A stretch of DNA of 64,000 nucleotides from Chiloscyllium plagiosum. Lineage: Eukaryota. The translations under genes were made by a program, and so were the position numbers. The DNA is taken from positions 7,779,910 through 7,843,909 of the forward strand of contig NC_057759.1 of assembly GCF_004010195.1 (NCBI RefSeq), written 5' to 3'. This document shows, in pieces, positions 50,455 to 63,754 of this stretch. Position 1 is the stretch's first letter. The number at the start of each line of letters is the position of its first letter. A model generated the notes under the pieces. The model had not been told where the DNA came from, made no database searches, and saw only the letters and a program-made list of their open reading frames with translations.

Positions 50455-53400
50455 ATTGTCATGCAGCTCAGAAGAGGCCGTTTGGCACTTTGGATTTGTA
50501 CTTGACCTATCTACTCTAAACCTATTTTCCAGCACTTGACCCAAAGCCTTAAATCTTAAGGCATTTGAAGTACTCATCCATGTACTTTTAAAGATTAAAA
50601 GTTTTTCATCCTCTTCTGTCCTTCCAGGCAGTGCATTCCAGATTCCCACCACACACTAGGTGAAAAAAGCATTCCTCAAATGGCCTCTAAACCTCCTGCC
50701 CTTGACTTTAAAATTATGCCCGCTTGTTGTTGACCCTTCATCTAAGGGGAACAGCTGCTTTCAAGAATCTTGTCCATGCCGCTAATAATCTAATTCACCT
50801 CAGTCAGGTTTCTCCCTCCGCCTTCTCCGCTCTAAAGAAAACAACTCTAGCTTCATAGCTAAAATGCTTTAACCCAGACAACATCCTCGTGAATCTCCTC
50901 TGTGGCCCCTCTAACGCAGTCACATCCTATCGCAGTTAGAACTAAACTTTGTCTTTCAACCGTGGCCTAACTAAAATTTTTTGTAGCACCAATGTAGTCC
51001 CCTGCTCTTATGATGTATGCCATGACTGATAAAAGCAAATGTCTTATGGGCCACTCTAGCTATCCTATTAACATGTCCTGTCTCCTTCAGGGATCTATTT
51101 ATCAACTCCTCCACATTCTCATCTAATTTGTATTATGTGTATCACGAGCAGTAAGGGACTCAGCACTGATCCCTGTGGTATGCCACTACACATCAGGATG
51201 TAGTCTCACAACAGCCTTCTACCATCACGCTATCTCTTATGATTAAGCCAATTTATGATTCACCTTGCTAAGGAACCATGCGCTTTTACCTTCATCAGTC
51301 TTTGATATCAAAACTTAGCTGAAATCCAGATAAATGACATCAACTGCATTACCCTTGTCTACACACCTGATCACCACCACAAATAATTCAATCAAATTTT
51401 TTAGGCATGATCTTTCTCTGACAAAGCTATGCGAACTATCCCTGATCAAATCTTACCTATGCAAGTGGAAATTCATTCTCTCCTTCACAATTTTCTTCAG
51501 TAGTTTCTCTACCACTGATGTGAGACTGTCCTCCAGTTCTTTGGCACCTCCCATGTTGCCAGGGAGGAATGAAAAAGTTAGATCAGAGCTCATATAATTT
51601 CTTGCCTTGACCCTGTGCTCCCATCTTAAATGGAGAGCCCTAATTTTAATTTGTGCCCTCTTGTTATAATCTCTCCCATGAAGGAAAGCATCCTTTCAGC
51701 ATCCTCCCTGTTGATTAGTGAACTTCGATGGATGCAGGCTTAAACTGTCCAAACTTATCTCAAATAACATCCTACCACTCCCTATCTCTCTATACCTATG
51801 GGTTCTGCAGCCCTCTCCATTGAAATAATATGCTGCATTTCTATTCTTTGTGCCAAAATGGACAAGTTCACGTTTTGTCCAAGTTGTGCTCTACCTGTCA
51901 ATTTTTTGTCCTGTTATTTCAGACATCTAAATTCATTTGCTCCTTATGACCTTCCACAATTTATTTTCCTACTTTTGTTGAATCATCAGCAAACCTAGCA
52001 ACACACCTTCAATCAAATCATTGGTACAAGTTCTAAACCATTGGGAACTTGTACACCACTTCACACATCTTGTCAACCTGAAACAACACACTTATTCCCA
52101 TTCCCCTACTTCCTATTAGCCAATCAATCCTCTTACGTACTAATGTGTTTGCCATGAAAGTACAAGCTCTTATTTTGTTTTTTTTTAAATGTAGCACCTT
52201 GTCAAATACTTCCAGAAATCTAAGTACAGTGCATCATCTGATTATCCTTTATAGATATTACTTTTGAGTAAGAAACAAAATAAGTTTTTAGTCCAACATG
52301 ATATCCTTTTCATAATACCATGTTGACACTACCTGACTACATTAGGATTTTCGAAGTGCCATACTATAATCTCCTAATAGTGGATTCTTGCATTTTCACT
52401 TTGACAGATGTTAGATTAACTGACTTGTAGTTTCCTGCTTTCTGTCTCTCTGTCCTCTCCTGAATAACATTTCCTAATATTTTTTCTGCCGGGACCCTGC
52501 CAGAATCTAAGGGACTTTGCATCCATATCTCAGTCAATTCTTTTAAGACCCTAGAATGAAGTCCATCAGGATAGGGTGGACTTGACAGGATTTATTTCTA
52601 ATAATTTTCTTGTGCTCTTTCCCTAGTGATTGTAATTGTTTCTTTCTCAGTTACATGTTCTCATTCTTATGGAATATAATGTGTATCTTCTACAGTGAAG
52701 ACTAACACAAAGTATCTGTTATTTCATCTGCATTTACCAGGTTTCCCATAATTAATTCTCTAGACTTGCTGCCATGAACATGCTAACAAGAATAGGCCAC
52801 TCACTCCTTCAAGACTGCTCTGCCATTCAGTAAGATCCTGGCTGATTTTGATCTACATTCCAACAAATCCCTGATAATTTTTTATCCCCTATCCCTTAGT
52901 CATCAAGAATCTTTTGTCTTTTGAGGATGGGAATTTCAAAGACTCTCCATGCTTGGAGAGAAGACAATGTTTCATCATCTCTGTTTTAAATGGGCACACC
53001 CTTATTTTTGATTTATGAACTGTACTTTTAGATTCTCAGTAAGAAAAAGCATCCTTTCAGCATTCACGCAGTCAAATCCCCTCAAGATTTTATGTTATAA
53101 TTGAGTCAACCCTGACTCTTCTAAACCCTAGAAGATACAGACAGCCTGTCTAGCCTTTCCCCATAATGTAAGCCGCTTGTTCCAGGTATGTGTAAACCGT
53201 GTCTGACTTGCTTCTATCCTTCCATAATTATGGAGACCAGTACTGTACACAGTACTTCCAATTCGGACACACCAATGCCCTGTACAACTGAAGTGTAATA
53301 TCCCTATTCTTGTATTCAATTTCTTGTATTTCAATAACGTGTCATTTTATTAGCATTCTTGGTTACATGCTATACCTGCATACTAATCCTTGAAAATTTA

Positions 53401-54350
53401 TGCATTAGGGCACCCAGATCTCTCTGCATCTCAGCTCTGCAAATTCTCAGCATTTAGATAATATGCTTTTTAGTCTTTCTGCCAAAATGGACAATTTCCC
53501 ACTTTCCCACATTGAACTCCATTTACTAGATCTTTGCCCACTCAGTTAACCTGTGTATATCCTTTTAATGGGCTCCATATGTCCTCTTCACAATCACTTT
53601 CAGATTTATCTTTGTGCCATCAGTAAATTTAGCTACCGTGTCTTGGATCTCTGTTTCAAATCATTTTTTTAAATTGTAAAGAATTAAGGCCCCACCATCG
53701 AATCCTCAGATCCACCACTTGTGACATCCTGCCAGCCTGGAAAGGACCCACTTATTCCTACTCTCTGCTTCCTGTTATCAAGCCAATATTCTTTCATGCC
53801 AATATGTTACCCCGAATACCATGAGCTTTTATTTTCTGCAATAACTTGATGTGGCACCTTATAAAATGCGGTCTCTGAATTAGGATGCAATAAATTCTCT
53901 GCTTTTGCCCTATCTACAGCACAAGTTGCTTCTTCAAAGGGCTCCACTAAATTAGCTGAATATAGTTTCCTTTTGACAAAGCCATGTTTACTCTGTCTGA
54001 TAACCATCAACATACTTGGGTGCCCTCGCTGTTATAATGTTTTTAATGATGGCTTCTAACATTTTCTCTATAACAGATGTAAGCTAACTGGCCTGTAATT
54101 TACTGCTTTCTACCCCCCTTTATTTTAACTAAAGGAGTAGCATTAGCTGTTTTCTAATCTAAAGAAACCTTCCCTGAATTCAATGAATTTTGGAGAATTA
54201 AAACCTATGCATCAACTACTTCACTAGTTACCTTTTTTTAATACCTTAAGATTTGTCATTTGCATTTCCCACAATTTATTTAGTACTACTTTCTTGGTAA
54301 TTGTAATTTTCTTGGGTTCCCCTCTCCCTTCAATTCCTGATTTACAGTTA
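50455..54350 (-). mobile_element. Stack of degenerate CR1 fragments
   Basis: VGIWNALPG; KHGFVKRK...NLVE...AFYKVPH; several CR1 3' tails. Confidence 0.8.
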
Positions 54351-54962
54351 CATGGTGTTTGCAAGTTGCTAAAGAAGACTAATGCTGACTTTACCCTTTT
54401 CTCCCATTACCTGGCGAACCTCCCTTTTTCTGTTTCTGGATAGCTTTCACTCAAACTGTAATTTCATTTCCCTTATAAATTTTAAAATTATTCTTTGCTG
54501 TACTTTATCATGTCCCTCATGTTTCATGAGTTCTCTCAAAAGACTATTTAATCATTAAAATGGTTAATTTGTAGGATTGTCACCACTAACTAAAATAAAA
54601 GAAACTCTCACTGGATTTCAAAGAACAAAACAGCAAATATTTATTTGAAAAAATGCAGCTTTTAACAAATAGGAAAATTAATGCTGAGATTCCCCCACCC
54701 CCCGGCCCCAACTCAATCTAAAAAAAAATTCTCACACAGGATATTTGAGATGGACAGTTTGGCAGATAATTGGTGAATGTAAAATATAAGAATAAAGTAA
54801 CCCATTCTGTGGATCAAGAGTTAAAATCTGTCCCAGTCCCAGTTCTCTTATTTTTTGTGACAATATCACATTATTATTGACTGTGGTGATTTTCAATTGG
54901 TAGCTTGTCATAAGTTTTTGCTAGAAAAGAAATTCCTCTTTTCAGAGTCTTTTTAGTACTGG

Positions 54963-55097
54963 GTAAAAACAATGACTGCAGATGCTGGAAACCAGGTTCT
55001 GGATTTGAGTCGTGCTGGAAGAGCACGCAGTTCAGGCAGCATCCGAGGAGCAGTAAAATCGACGTTTCGGGCAAAAGCCCTTCATCAGGAATACAGC
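54963..55097 (-). mobile_element. Short Penelope-terminus insertion with 8-bp TSD
   Basis: agtactgg at 54955-54962 and 55098-55105. Confidence 0.8.
55057..55092 (-). ncRNA. Minimal type-I hammerhead ribozyme motif
   Basis: Minus strand: attc-CTGATGA-a-gggc tttt gccc-GAAAC-GTC-gatt. Confidence 0.8.
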
Positions 55098-55339
55098 AGT
55101 ACTGGTCTCCTTTCATTTATAGGACCACTGCAATCTGGTTGGTTTGCAGGCTTTTGGAGGTTGAGTGCAATCTCCCTCGGATCTGTGAAAAATCTGTAAC
55201 TTGAAGCAAATCCGAAAACTATTGCTGGGCAGCTTTCTTTTCAACCCAAAAGCACCCAGTGCCATCTAACCTCAAGAGTTTCCAATCCAGCTTAGAGTCA
55301 GAGAAAATATGATCTTTGGTTAATTGTGTCTGTGCTAGT

Positions 55340-57640
55340 CAAAGGCAACCACCTAAATATTCTAAACCCATTTTCCAGCATATGGCCCACTGCATTGGCA
55401 TTGCAAGTGCACATCTAAATACTACTTTTATGCAATGAGGGTTTCTACCACTACCATCCTTATGGCAATGAGTTTGAGATTCCCACCACCCATTCTGGTG
55501 CAAAGACTTTTCCTGATGATTCCTGATGAAGGGTTTATGCCTGAAACGTTTATTCTCCTGCTCCTCGGATGCTGCATGACCTGCTGTTCTTTTCTACACT
55601 ATACTCTCGACTCTAAAGTTTTTCCTCACATCTCCTCCAAACCTTCTGCCCCTTACCTTAAATCTATGTCCCCTGCTCATTGATCCCTCCATCCATTCTT
55701 TCTGTCTATTCTATCTATGCCTGTCATAACTTTATTCATATTATACATGTCTCCCTTTGATCTGTTTTGCTATAATGTCTCCAATCTCTCTTCATAACTG
55801 ATACTCTTCAGCCCAGACAAATCTCACCTGCACACTCTTCAGTGTAATGACATCCCTTGAGAATGTGGATTCTAGAACTGCACACAATACTCTTGCTTGG
55901 CCTTACCAACATTTTATATAGTTCCAGCATAACTGCTCTTGCTCTTAAACTCTATGCTTTGACTAATAAAATCAAGTATAGAGGAATCTCGATTATCCAA
56001 ATGACATGGGTGGGGAGATTTTTGTCAGTTTAGCCAAGCATCGGGAATTTGTGATCTTGTCTGGCAATCTTAAATTCGGATAATTGAATGCCGGATAATC
56101 AAGGTTCCTATATGCCATATGTCTCCTTAACCACTTTATCTACCTAATGCCTGAAAGGAGTTGAAAAGTGTGGCACTGAAAAAGCACAGCAAGTCAGGCA
56201 GCATCCAAGGAGCAGGTGAATTGACGTTTCAGGCACAAGCCTTTCATCAGGAATGTGAGGGGGAAGGAGATTTAGAAATAAACAAGAGGGTGGGGTGGGT
56301 TTGGGGAAAGGTAGCTGGGAAAGCAATAGGTAGATGGATATAGGTCAGAGTGGAGCAGATAGATGGAAAGGTAGATGGACAGGTAGGATAGTTCAAGAGG
56401 GCGGTGCCAAGTTGGATGATTGGATCTGGGATGAGGTGGGGGGAGGGCAGATGAGGAAACTGATGAAATCGACATTGATGCCATGTCCCAAGATGGAAGA
56501 TGAGGTGTACTTCCTCCACACATCGGGTAGCTTGGATTTGGCAGTGGACTTGCATGTCCTTGTCAGAGTGGGAGGGGGGAGTTGAAGTGGTTGGCAACAG
56601 GGCAGTGGAGTTGTTTGGTGCGTGTGTCCCAGAGATGTTACGTCGATTTTGCTAGTTTCCTCACTCCAGATACATCGCACCAATTCAGCACTGCCCTCTT
56701 GAACGGTCCTACCTGTCCATCCTCCTTCCCACCTATCTGCTTCACCTTCGCCTCTGACCTATCACCATCACTCACCCCAACTCCGTCTACCTATCACCTT
56801 CCCTGCTATCTTTCCCCCAGCCCCACCCACCCTCCTATTTATATGTCAACCCCCCCCTCCCCGATATTCCTTATAAAGGGTTATGTCCGAAACGTCGATT
56901 CTCCTGCTCCTTGGATTCTACTGACTTGTTGTGCTTTTCCAGCACCACATTTGTTTGACTCAGATCTTCAGCATCTTCAGTCCTAACTTTCTCCTAATAC
57001 CTTAAGGGATCAAGATATGTGTACATCAAAGTCCCTCTGATTCTTGGTGCTTCCCAAGGTCATTTTGTTCATGTATTCCTTTGCATCATTGATCTTGTCT
57101 GCATTTAATTCAATTTGCCATTGATCAATCCGTCTGATTAGCCCTTCTATATCTTTGTGTAGTCTATTACTATCCTCCTCACTAATTATCACGCCACCAA
57201 TTTTTGGATCGTCTGCAAACTTGCTAATCAACTCCTTCATTCAAGTTTAAATCATCTGTATAAATCACAAACAGCAAAAGCCCTTGTGGGATTCACTGAA
57301 CACATACTTCCAGTTAGAAAAACACCCCTCAACAGAGGAAACTCCTCTGTTTCTGCCTCTCTGCCAATTGTTGATCCAATTTGCTAAATTTCCTTTGATC
57401 CCATGATGGCTTACCTTTGCTAACGGTTTTCCATGTGGTAGCTTATCAAAGGCCTTGCTGAAGTCCAAGTAGTCATGATTTGGAGATTCTGGTGTTGGAC
57501 TGGGGTGTACCGCAGTCCAAGTAGATTACATCAAAAACGTCACCCTCATCCACGCACCTGGTTACCAGGTGAAAAATTTCATCAAGTTGGCTGGATGTGT
57601 TCTCTCCTCAACAAAACCATGCTTACAATTCAGAGTTTGG
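55340..57640 (-). mobile_element. CR1 with nested MITE (~55979-56112) and Penelope insertions (~55510-55615; ~56160-56992 inverted)
   Basis: LISKFADDPKIGG; DFSKAFDKLPHG; MITE TIR gaggaatctcgattatcc/ggataatcaaggttcct; mirrored Penelope termini. Confidence 0.8.
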
Positions 57641-58559
57641 GTGCTCTTGTGCAGTCAATAGTTAAATGCTTCACAGTTCCATGTTTCTTTTGAAGTGGAG
57701 AAAATATAATTTAAACATGTATTTTCTAGTTTATAATTCCAAACAACATAATTGCATAATTGTGATTGAAATTTCGATGGCCTTGGACTTTTTTTCTCTC
57801 TGTTGTGGATAATACAGGATCGAATTAGTACTTTTCTTTCTTTGTTTGCTTTAGTCTGCATAATGTAACTGTTTTCCACTTCAGTTTAGGAGGGGATGAG
57901 TCATTAGTTTCAGCCATTGTTTTACTTTGCTTTGTCTTGTGGTGTGATCCTTTGTTTATCCGATGCTGTCATATGATGTGTTGTTTACGCATTCCTCCTG
58001 TCCTGCCAAAATTGCAGGATATTTAAACATCGACATACTGTAACTTGTGTTCCTAATGAGAACTGAATCGATCTTGAAAGTGTAGTTCTGAGATTGTCAG
58101 CGTGTCAAGCTGTTTGAAATACACAATTGTGATTTCTTTATCTTTGACATCTTTCAACCCCTGCAGTAAAAGATACTCATCTACAGTCTCTTATTGTTTA
58201 TCTTAAATTCACTTGTTCCAAAATTTTCTCTCGAAATATATCTGATGGAAGAAGTAAATGGAAGCATTTATTTTCATGATATGCTACTTACTAAGTTTAT
58301 TAAATGGATCTCTAATTGTTTTGCTTTTCTTAGGCATCCAAGTTTAGATCAATGAAATGATTTATTTTGGAAAAGAGTTTGAATAATGTCACAGTGCACT
58401 GTGCTCACAATTCTCCTGAGATTTGGTTGATCTGTTCTCTTGTTTTCATTTGTTCTATAATGCAGGTGTAACCCTGTGAAGAAACCTGATTCCAAATTTG
58501 CTACAGTGCCTACCTGTACACATGCCTTTGATATTCGCAGATTTTTCAATCGTGCTGGC

Positions 58560-58790
58560 AGTTACATAACTAATCCATCTAGCCTACACACCCTTGGACA
58601 CTATGGAAAATTTTTTAGCGTGGCCAATCCACCCAACTTGCACATTTTCAAAGTGTGGGAGGAAACCGAAGCACCTGGCAGCAACCCACAGTCACAAGGG
58701 GAACAAACTCCACAAAGATCGTCCTCTAAGGCTGGAATCAAGCCCAGGTTCATGGTGCTGTGAGGCAGCAGTACTAACCACAGTGCCATC
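58560..58790 (-). mobile_element. HE1-type SINE
   Basis: ctgtgaggcagcagtactaaccacagtgcc is the reverse complement of the HE1 head. Confidence 0.82.
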
Positions 58791-58854
58791 ATACCCAAAA
58801 CACTCACATTTTACTTAAAATGATGACAGATATTTTCTCATCTCTAACTTTTTT

Positions 58855-59630
58855 AATGGAACATGAAGCAGTGCAGCACAGGAACAGACCCTTTGGCCCA
58901 CCAGTCTGTGCTGATCATGATGCCATTCTAAACTAATCCTGTCAACTTGCACATGGCCTATTCCAAATGCCTTTTAAACTCTGCTAACAAATTTGCTTCT
59001 ACCACCTCCGCTGACAGTGTGTTCCAAGTGACTACCACCCTTCGTGTAAAGAAAAATCTTTCCTTGTGCATCTGCTTTAAGCTTTTCCTCTCTTACCTTA
59101 GCCCTAGTATTTCGACATTTCCATCCTGGGAAAAAAGATTCCAACCATCCATCTTATCCATTCTTTGTAATTTTATCAGGTTGCCCCCTAGCATCATATG
59201 CTCCAATGAAAGCGCATTTGTATGTCTAGATTAGAGTGGTGCTGGAAAAGCACAGCAGGTTAGGCACCATCCAAGGAGCAGGAAAATCAATGTTTCGGGC
59301 AAAAGCCCTTCATCAGGAATGAATGAAGGACTTTTACCCGAAACATCGAACTTCCTGCTCCTCAGTTGCTGCCTGACCTGTTGTGCTTTTCCAGCACCAC
59401 TCTAATCTACAGTCAGGGAGCTATGAACTTGTATCCCTCTGCATATCAATGCTCCGAAGGGTTGTGCCATTAACTGTATAATTTCTCTTGTATTTGACCT
59501 GCAAAGTGCATGACCTTGTCCGGATTCAACTTCACCTATCATTACTTAGGCCAACTTTAAATTGACTTATATCCTCCTGTATCCTTTGATAACCTTCCTC
59601 ATTATCAGCAACTACACAAATTTTCACATT
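58855..59630 (-). mobile_element. CR1 3' fragment
   Basis: cagcacaggaacagaccctttggccc tail; RT C-terminal remnants. Confidence 0.75.
59227..59409. mobile_element. Palindromic Penelope-terminus dimer
   Basis: tagattagagtggtgctggaaaagcac...gtgcttttccagcaccactctaatcta, with two opposed hammerhead-like motifs at the centre. Confidence 0.88.
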
Positions 59631-59639
59631 ATGAACAAA

Positions 59640-62270
59640 TGAAAAAGCTTCACGGAGGCCAGTATCCCACCACTGTCACCGTACATGAGCAGTCTTTGAC
59701 TCTTGTTCTATATCCTACAGAGTCAGACACCAGTTTGTAGGTATCTCTGACACTCAACCTTTTTATACGTCAACCAGAGTTACTTGACTGGGCTAATCTG
59801 GTCCAATCAGGGAACCCATATTCTATAATTCTGATAAAGGGTCACTGGACCCGAAACATTAACTCTTCAAGATGTTGCCAAACTTGCTGAGCTTTTCCAG
59901 CAACTTCTATTTTTGTTTCCAATTTACAGCATTTCGTTCACAGTTCTTTTGGTTTATACTTCGTGTTTAAACCATATTCTGTGATGTCCAGCTGGCTAAC
60001 CTCATTACAATCATTGCATCCCACACCCTCTGAGTCCACGGACAAAGGCTGGTCCTTTTTTCTTGGAGAGCTTCCTTGGTTATTTTCGCACCAGGTCAGC
60101 ATTGTCACAGTGACTCTGCGTTGTCACAGTCGGCATGTATTGCACAGAAGCTCTCCTCTTGCACCAGGAGTGTCCAGGTAGAATTCCATTCTTCTTCCAG
60201 CAGCAAAGGCATTGAGGCAGCTACTTCTGTCATGTGCATCTCTGATTCAGATGGGTGGGCAGAATCCATGGATTCTTGCAGCATTTACAGTGGTTCTGAG
60301 GGACAGAGCACATGATCCTCCCACACCATTTGAGAAGTTGCATCTTTCAAAGGATCCACATGATTATGCAGGACCGTTGCACCTACCCAAACTTTGATAT
60401 GTCATTGGTCCTGACCTCTCTTTGGCCATGCCTGTTACCCATGCAGGGCCATTTCCATGATTCTTAAACCAAACTTTGTTCCCTGTATGAAACTTATCCC
60501 TCTCACTTAGAGTCTTGGGTGTAACATTAAAGTTCGTGAGGCTGCTTGAATGCCCCCACCCCATCTGGGATGATTAGGCTTTCCCTGGTGTGGAGTTATC
60601 TACCCTGTAGTTTCATATAGGATAGTCTTGTAATCAAACAAGAACTGTGACAGTTTGGTATCTAGTGAGGCTGCAAGCTGATACCTCAATCCAGCCTTCA
60701 AAATTTGGAGTGCTGTTTCATGGAGCTGTCCTAATATGTCAACTTCCCTTTGACATGAAGAAATAACCAAATTCCCTGCAGGTAAATCATGGTCCATTAT
60801 CTGTGACTAACACTTCTTGGACTCCCTGTGTTGCAAAAGATGTGCACATCTCTTGTTATCGTTGTCCCAACGTTTGACGAATTTATGTACATCCAAACAC
60901 TTGAGTGGGTATCTACAATGACTAAGAACATTGAACCCATAAAAGGATGCGCTTATAGTTAATGTGCGATAACTTTTGTCCTTGGTGACATTCTGGGCAC
61001 TGCCTAACTAATGTAGTTATGTCTACGTCCAAGCCTGACCACCAGACATAACTTATTGCCAACTTCTTCATTTTGGAGATTTCTGGATTGACCTAGTAGA
61101 ACTCAACCAGTATTTGATGGCAACCTTTGCTCGAAACTGTCTTCTACAATGAGATGGTGCCTTTTGGTCCTAACAGCTTTCAGTTTTAGTATTCATGGTC
61201 CTTTGGTTTCCCCCATCAATGTTAGTTGTTTCAGTTTGGAAAAGACTGCATCTTTCTGGGTTGAAAGTCTGATACTGTTCATTGTGAATGGGAGGGTGTC
61301 CAGAAAATTTAATTTCATTACCAACCCTTCTATTGGGGGTACCTCAGGTCCTGTGTCTGCTAATAGGAGGTGGTTCAGTGCATCCGCATTCGCTACTCAG
61401 CCTCTGCAAAGGTATGCTAACGTATAAGCACTTAGTATTAGAACCCACTGCTGAATGCAGCCCAAACCTAAGGTCAGTACTGCCTTGTCCTTTCAGCAGA
61501 CCAAGTAGGAGTTTGTGGTCCATGATTGTCACAAATTTTGGTTCATAAGGGTATTGGTGGAACTTCCCGACTCCAAATATGACCTTTAATCCATCTTTTT
61601 GTATCAGGACGTATTTTTATTCTGCATTAACCGAAGTCTTGGATGCATAAGCTATTGAGCGTTCCTCTCCATTGGACTACCTATTAGCTGTCTGGAGAGG
61701 CATCACACACCAATATCAGATCTTTCTTGGGATCATAGTGTGCCAACACCTTAGAGTGCCAACACCTTAACTGTTTCTTTACTTCATTGAAAGCTAGGGC
61801 TTGTCTTTGAGACCATTTCCAAGGCTGACCCTTTTTTAGGAGTTAATGCATAACTGCCAGAATGGATGCCAGGTTACGTATAACTTTCTACAACAGTTTA
61901 CCAGCCCAAACCATACCTAAATACCTGTACAGATGTGGAAGCTGGGATACCCTTTATTGCCTTCACTTTATCTTCCTCTGAGTGCAATCTGGTCATCTTC
62001 ACTCTGTAGCCCAAGTAGTTTACTTGGGTGACCTGGAACACATTCTTCCTTTCTTAGGCGTACACCTGCTTGGAGAAATGCCTTAGAATTTTATTCAGGT
62101 TCTCTAAATGTTCCTTCGTATTCTTTTCTTTAATCAGGACATCACCCAGGTAAGTGGCAACCTTGCAAAATGTTGTCCATTGTCTGCTGAAAAATTGAAC
62201 ATACCCTAAAAAGCAGTTTTGTAAATTGGTATAAGGGTATTAATTGCACAATAAGTTTGAGAATCCCGGA
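59640..62270 (-). mobile_element. Gypsy LTR retrotransposon remnant (RT-RNase H-integrase, probable LTR ~59640-60000)
   Basis: Minus strand gives TIMDHKLLLGLL (RNase H), LSQFLFDYKT...TTG (integrase), NKVWFKNHGNGPAWVTG...GPMTY (integrase C-terminus). Confidence 0.82.
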
Positions 62271-62519
62271 CTAAGTGTAGTTGTAAGTAATTGGCTCAGG
62301 ACTAGCCTACCACCAAGGATCTTGTGAAATGCTTTAGTAAAGTCCACGTAGACAATATCCACTGACCTATCAATAAGCTGCACATGGTCAGGATGGAGAG
62401 GTTACATCTAGAGTGAGAGATGACCCGAGTGAGCATATTATTTGGGAAATTCGGAGGCTGCATGGGAATTTGGTACAGAGGGATAGAAGTGATTTTTGCA
62501 TGCTAAAAGACCAATAAAG

Positions 62520-63270
62520 CATTTTTGAAAATCAAATTAAGAATTAAATAAAATAGAGATGCAAAGCCAGTCAGTGTGTTGTACCCGTATGATATGTGAG
62601 CTGGTTGGTTGATTGAGGAACACGAGATCAGATTAAATGAGCTGGAGTCTGCACTTCAACATTGCGACACATGAGGGAAGGTAAGAATTAACTGGATGCT
62701 GAGTTTCAGGATGCAGTCACACCCCTTAGATGAACTACCTTAATTTGGCTAGTGGTCAGTACAAGAGGGTGTGACTACAAGTGAGGCAGTTAGAAGGATC
62801 CAGGAGAGAGTGCTTAAGGAGTCTTGGCCCTCTAACAGATTTGAGATTCTTGGTTCCTGTGGATGAGTGTGGGGGCTATTGGGAGGGTATGCAAAGTGAC
62901 CATAGCATCATGATATAGGGAGCCATTTAAGAGAAGGGAGAAAAGAGAAATGTAATTGTTATCAGGTATAAAATAGCCAGAGGAATAGGCATTGTTCGCT
63001 ACAGCCAGGCTATGTTACCTCCCTAGTGCCCAAGTTCAAGATGTATTTTTCTGGATCGCAGAAGAACTTGGAGGTGGGTGAGGAAAGATCAAGTTGTCAT
63101 GGTCCACATAAGTACCAATGATATAGGTAGAAAGAAGAAGATGTTCTTCTGAGGGAATATGAGCAACTCGGTGTTTAAGTTTAAAAAGTAGAACTAAAAA
63201 GACAAGTATCTCTGGATTACTACCTGAGCCGTGAGTTAATTGGCACAGGGTTAACAGTGTTAAAGAGGTA
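62520..63270 (+). mobile_element. CR1 ORF1 fragment
   Basis: Esterase-like remnants (NRFEIL, CYLPSA, VMVHISTNDIGR-like) resembling 940-1260. Confidence 0.7.
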
Positions 63271-63754
63271 AACATGTCATAGTTATAGAGTTGTGGAGTG
63301 CAGAAAAGGCCCTTTGGCCTATTATGTCTGCACTGACAATAACTACCATGACTATATTCTTGAATATTACGATTTCTCAAGTGCTCATATAAATTTTTTT
63401 TAAAAAGGTTGTAAGGTTTCCAGCCTCCACTGCCTTCCTGGTCAGTACCTTTCAGATTCCCACAACCCTCTTAAGTGAAAATGTTTTTCTCAAATCCCTT
63501 CTAAATCTCCTGTCCCTATACTCCCTCATGATTGAACCCTCAACCAAGGGGAACAACTGTTCTTTTCTTATACTATTGATATCCCTCATAATTTTATGCA
63601 GCCCAATCATGTCCTCCTCAATCTTCTCTATTCTAAAGAAAATAATCCAAGATTATCTAGTCTCAATTGCTCCAGTGTTCAACACCATTCGCAACTCCTC
63701 AGATACTGAAGCAGTCCATGCTCAAATGCAACAAGATCTGGACAATATCAAGGA

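Noticed and set aside
58057..58092. tgagaactgaat matches the 5' end of miR-146
   Set aside because: Only 12 nt match, and the complementary agttct is too close to form a ~60-nt pre-miRNA.
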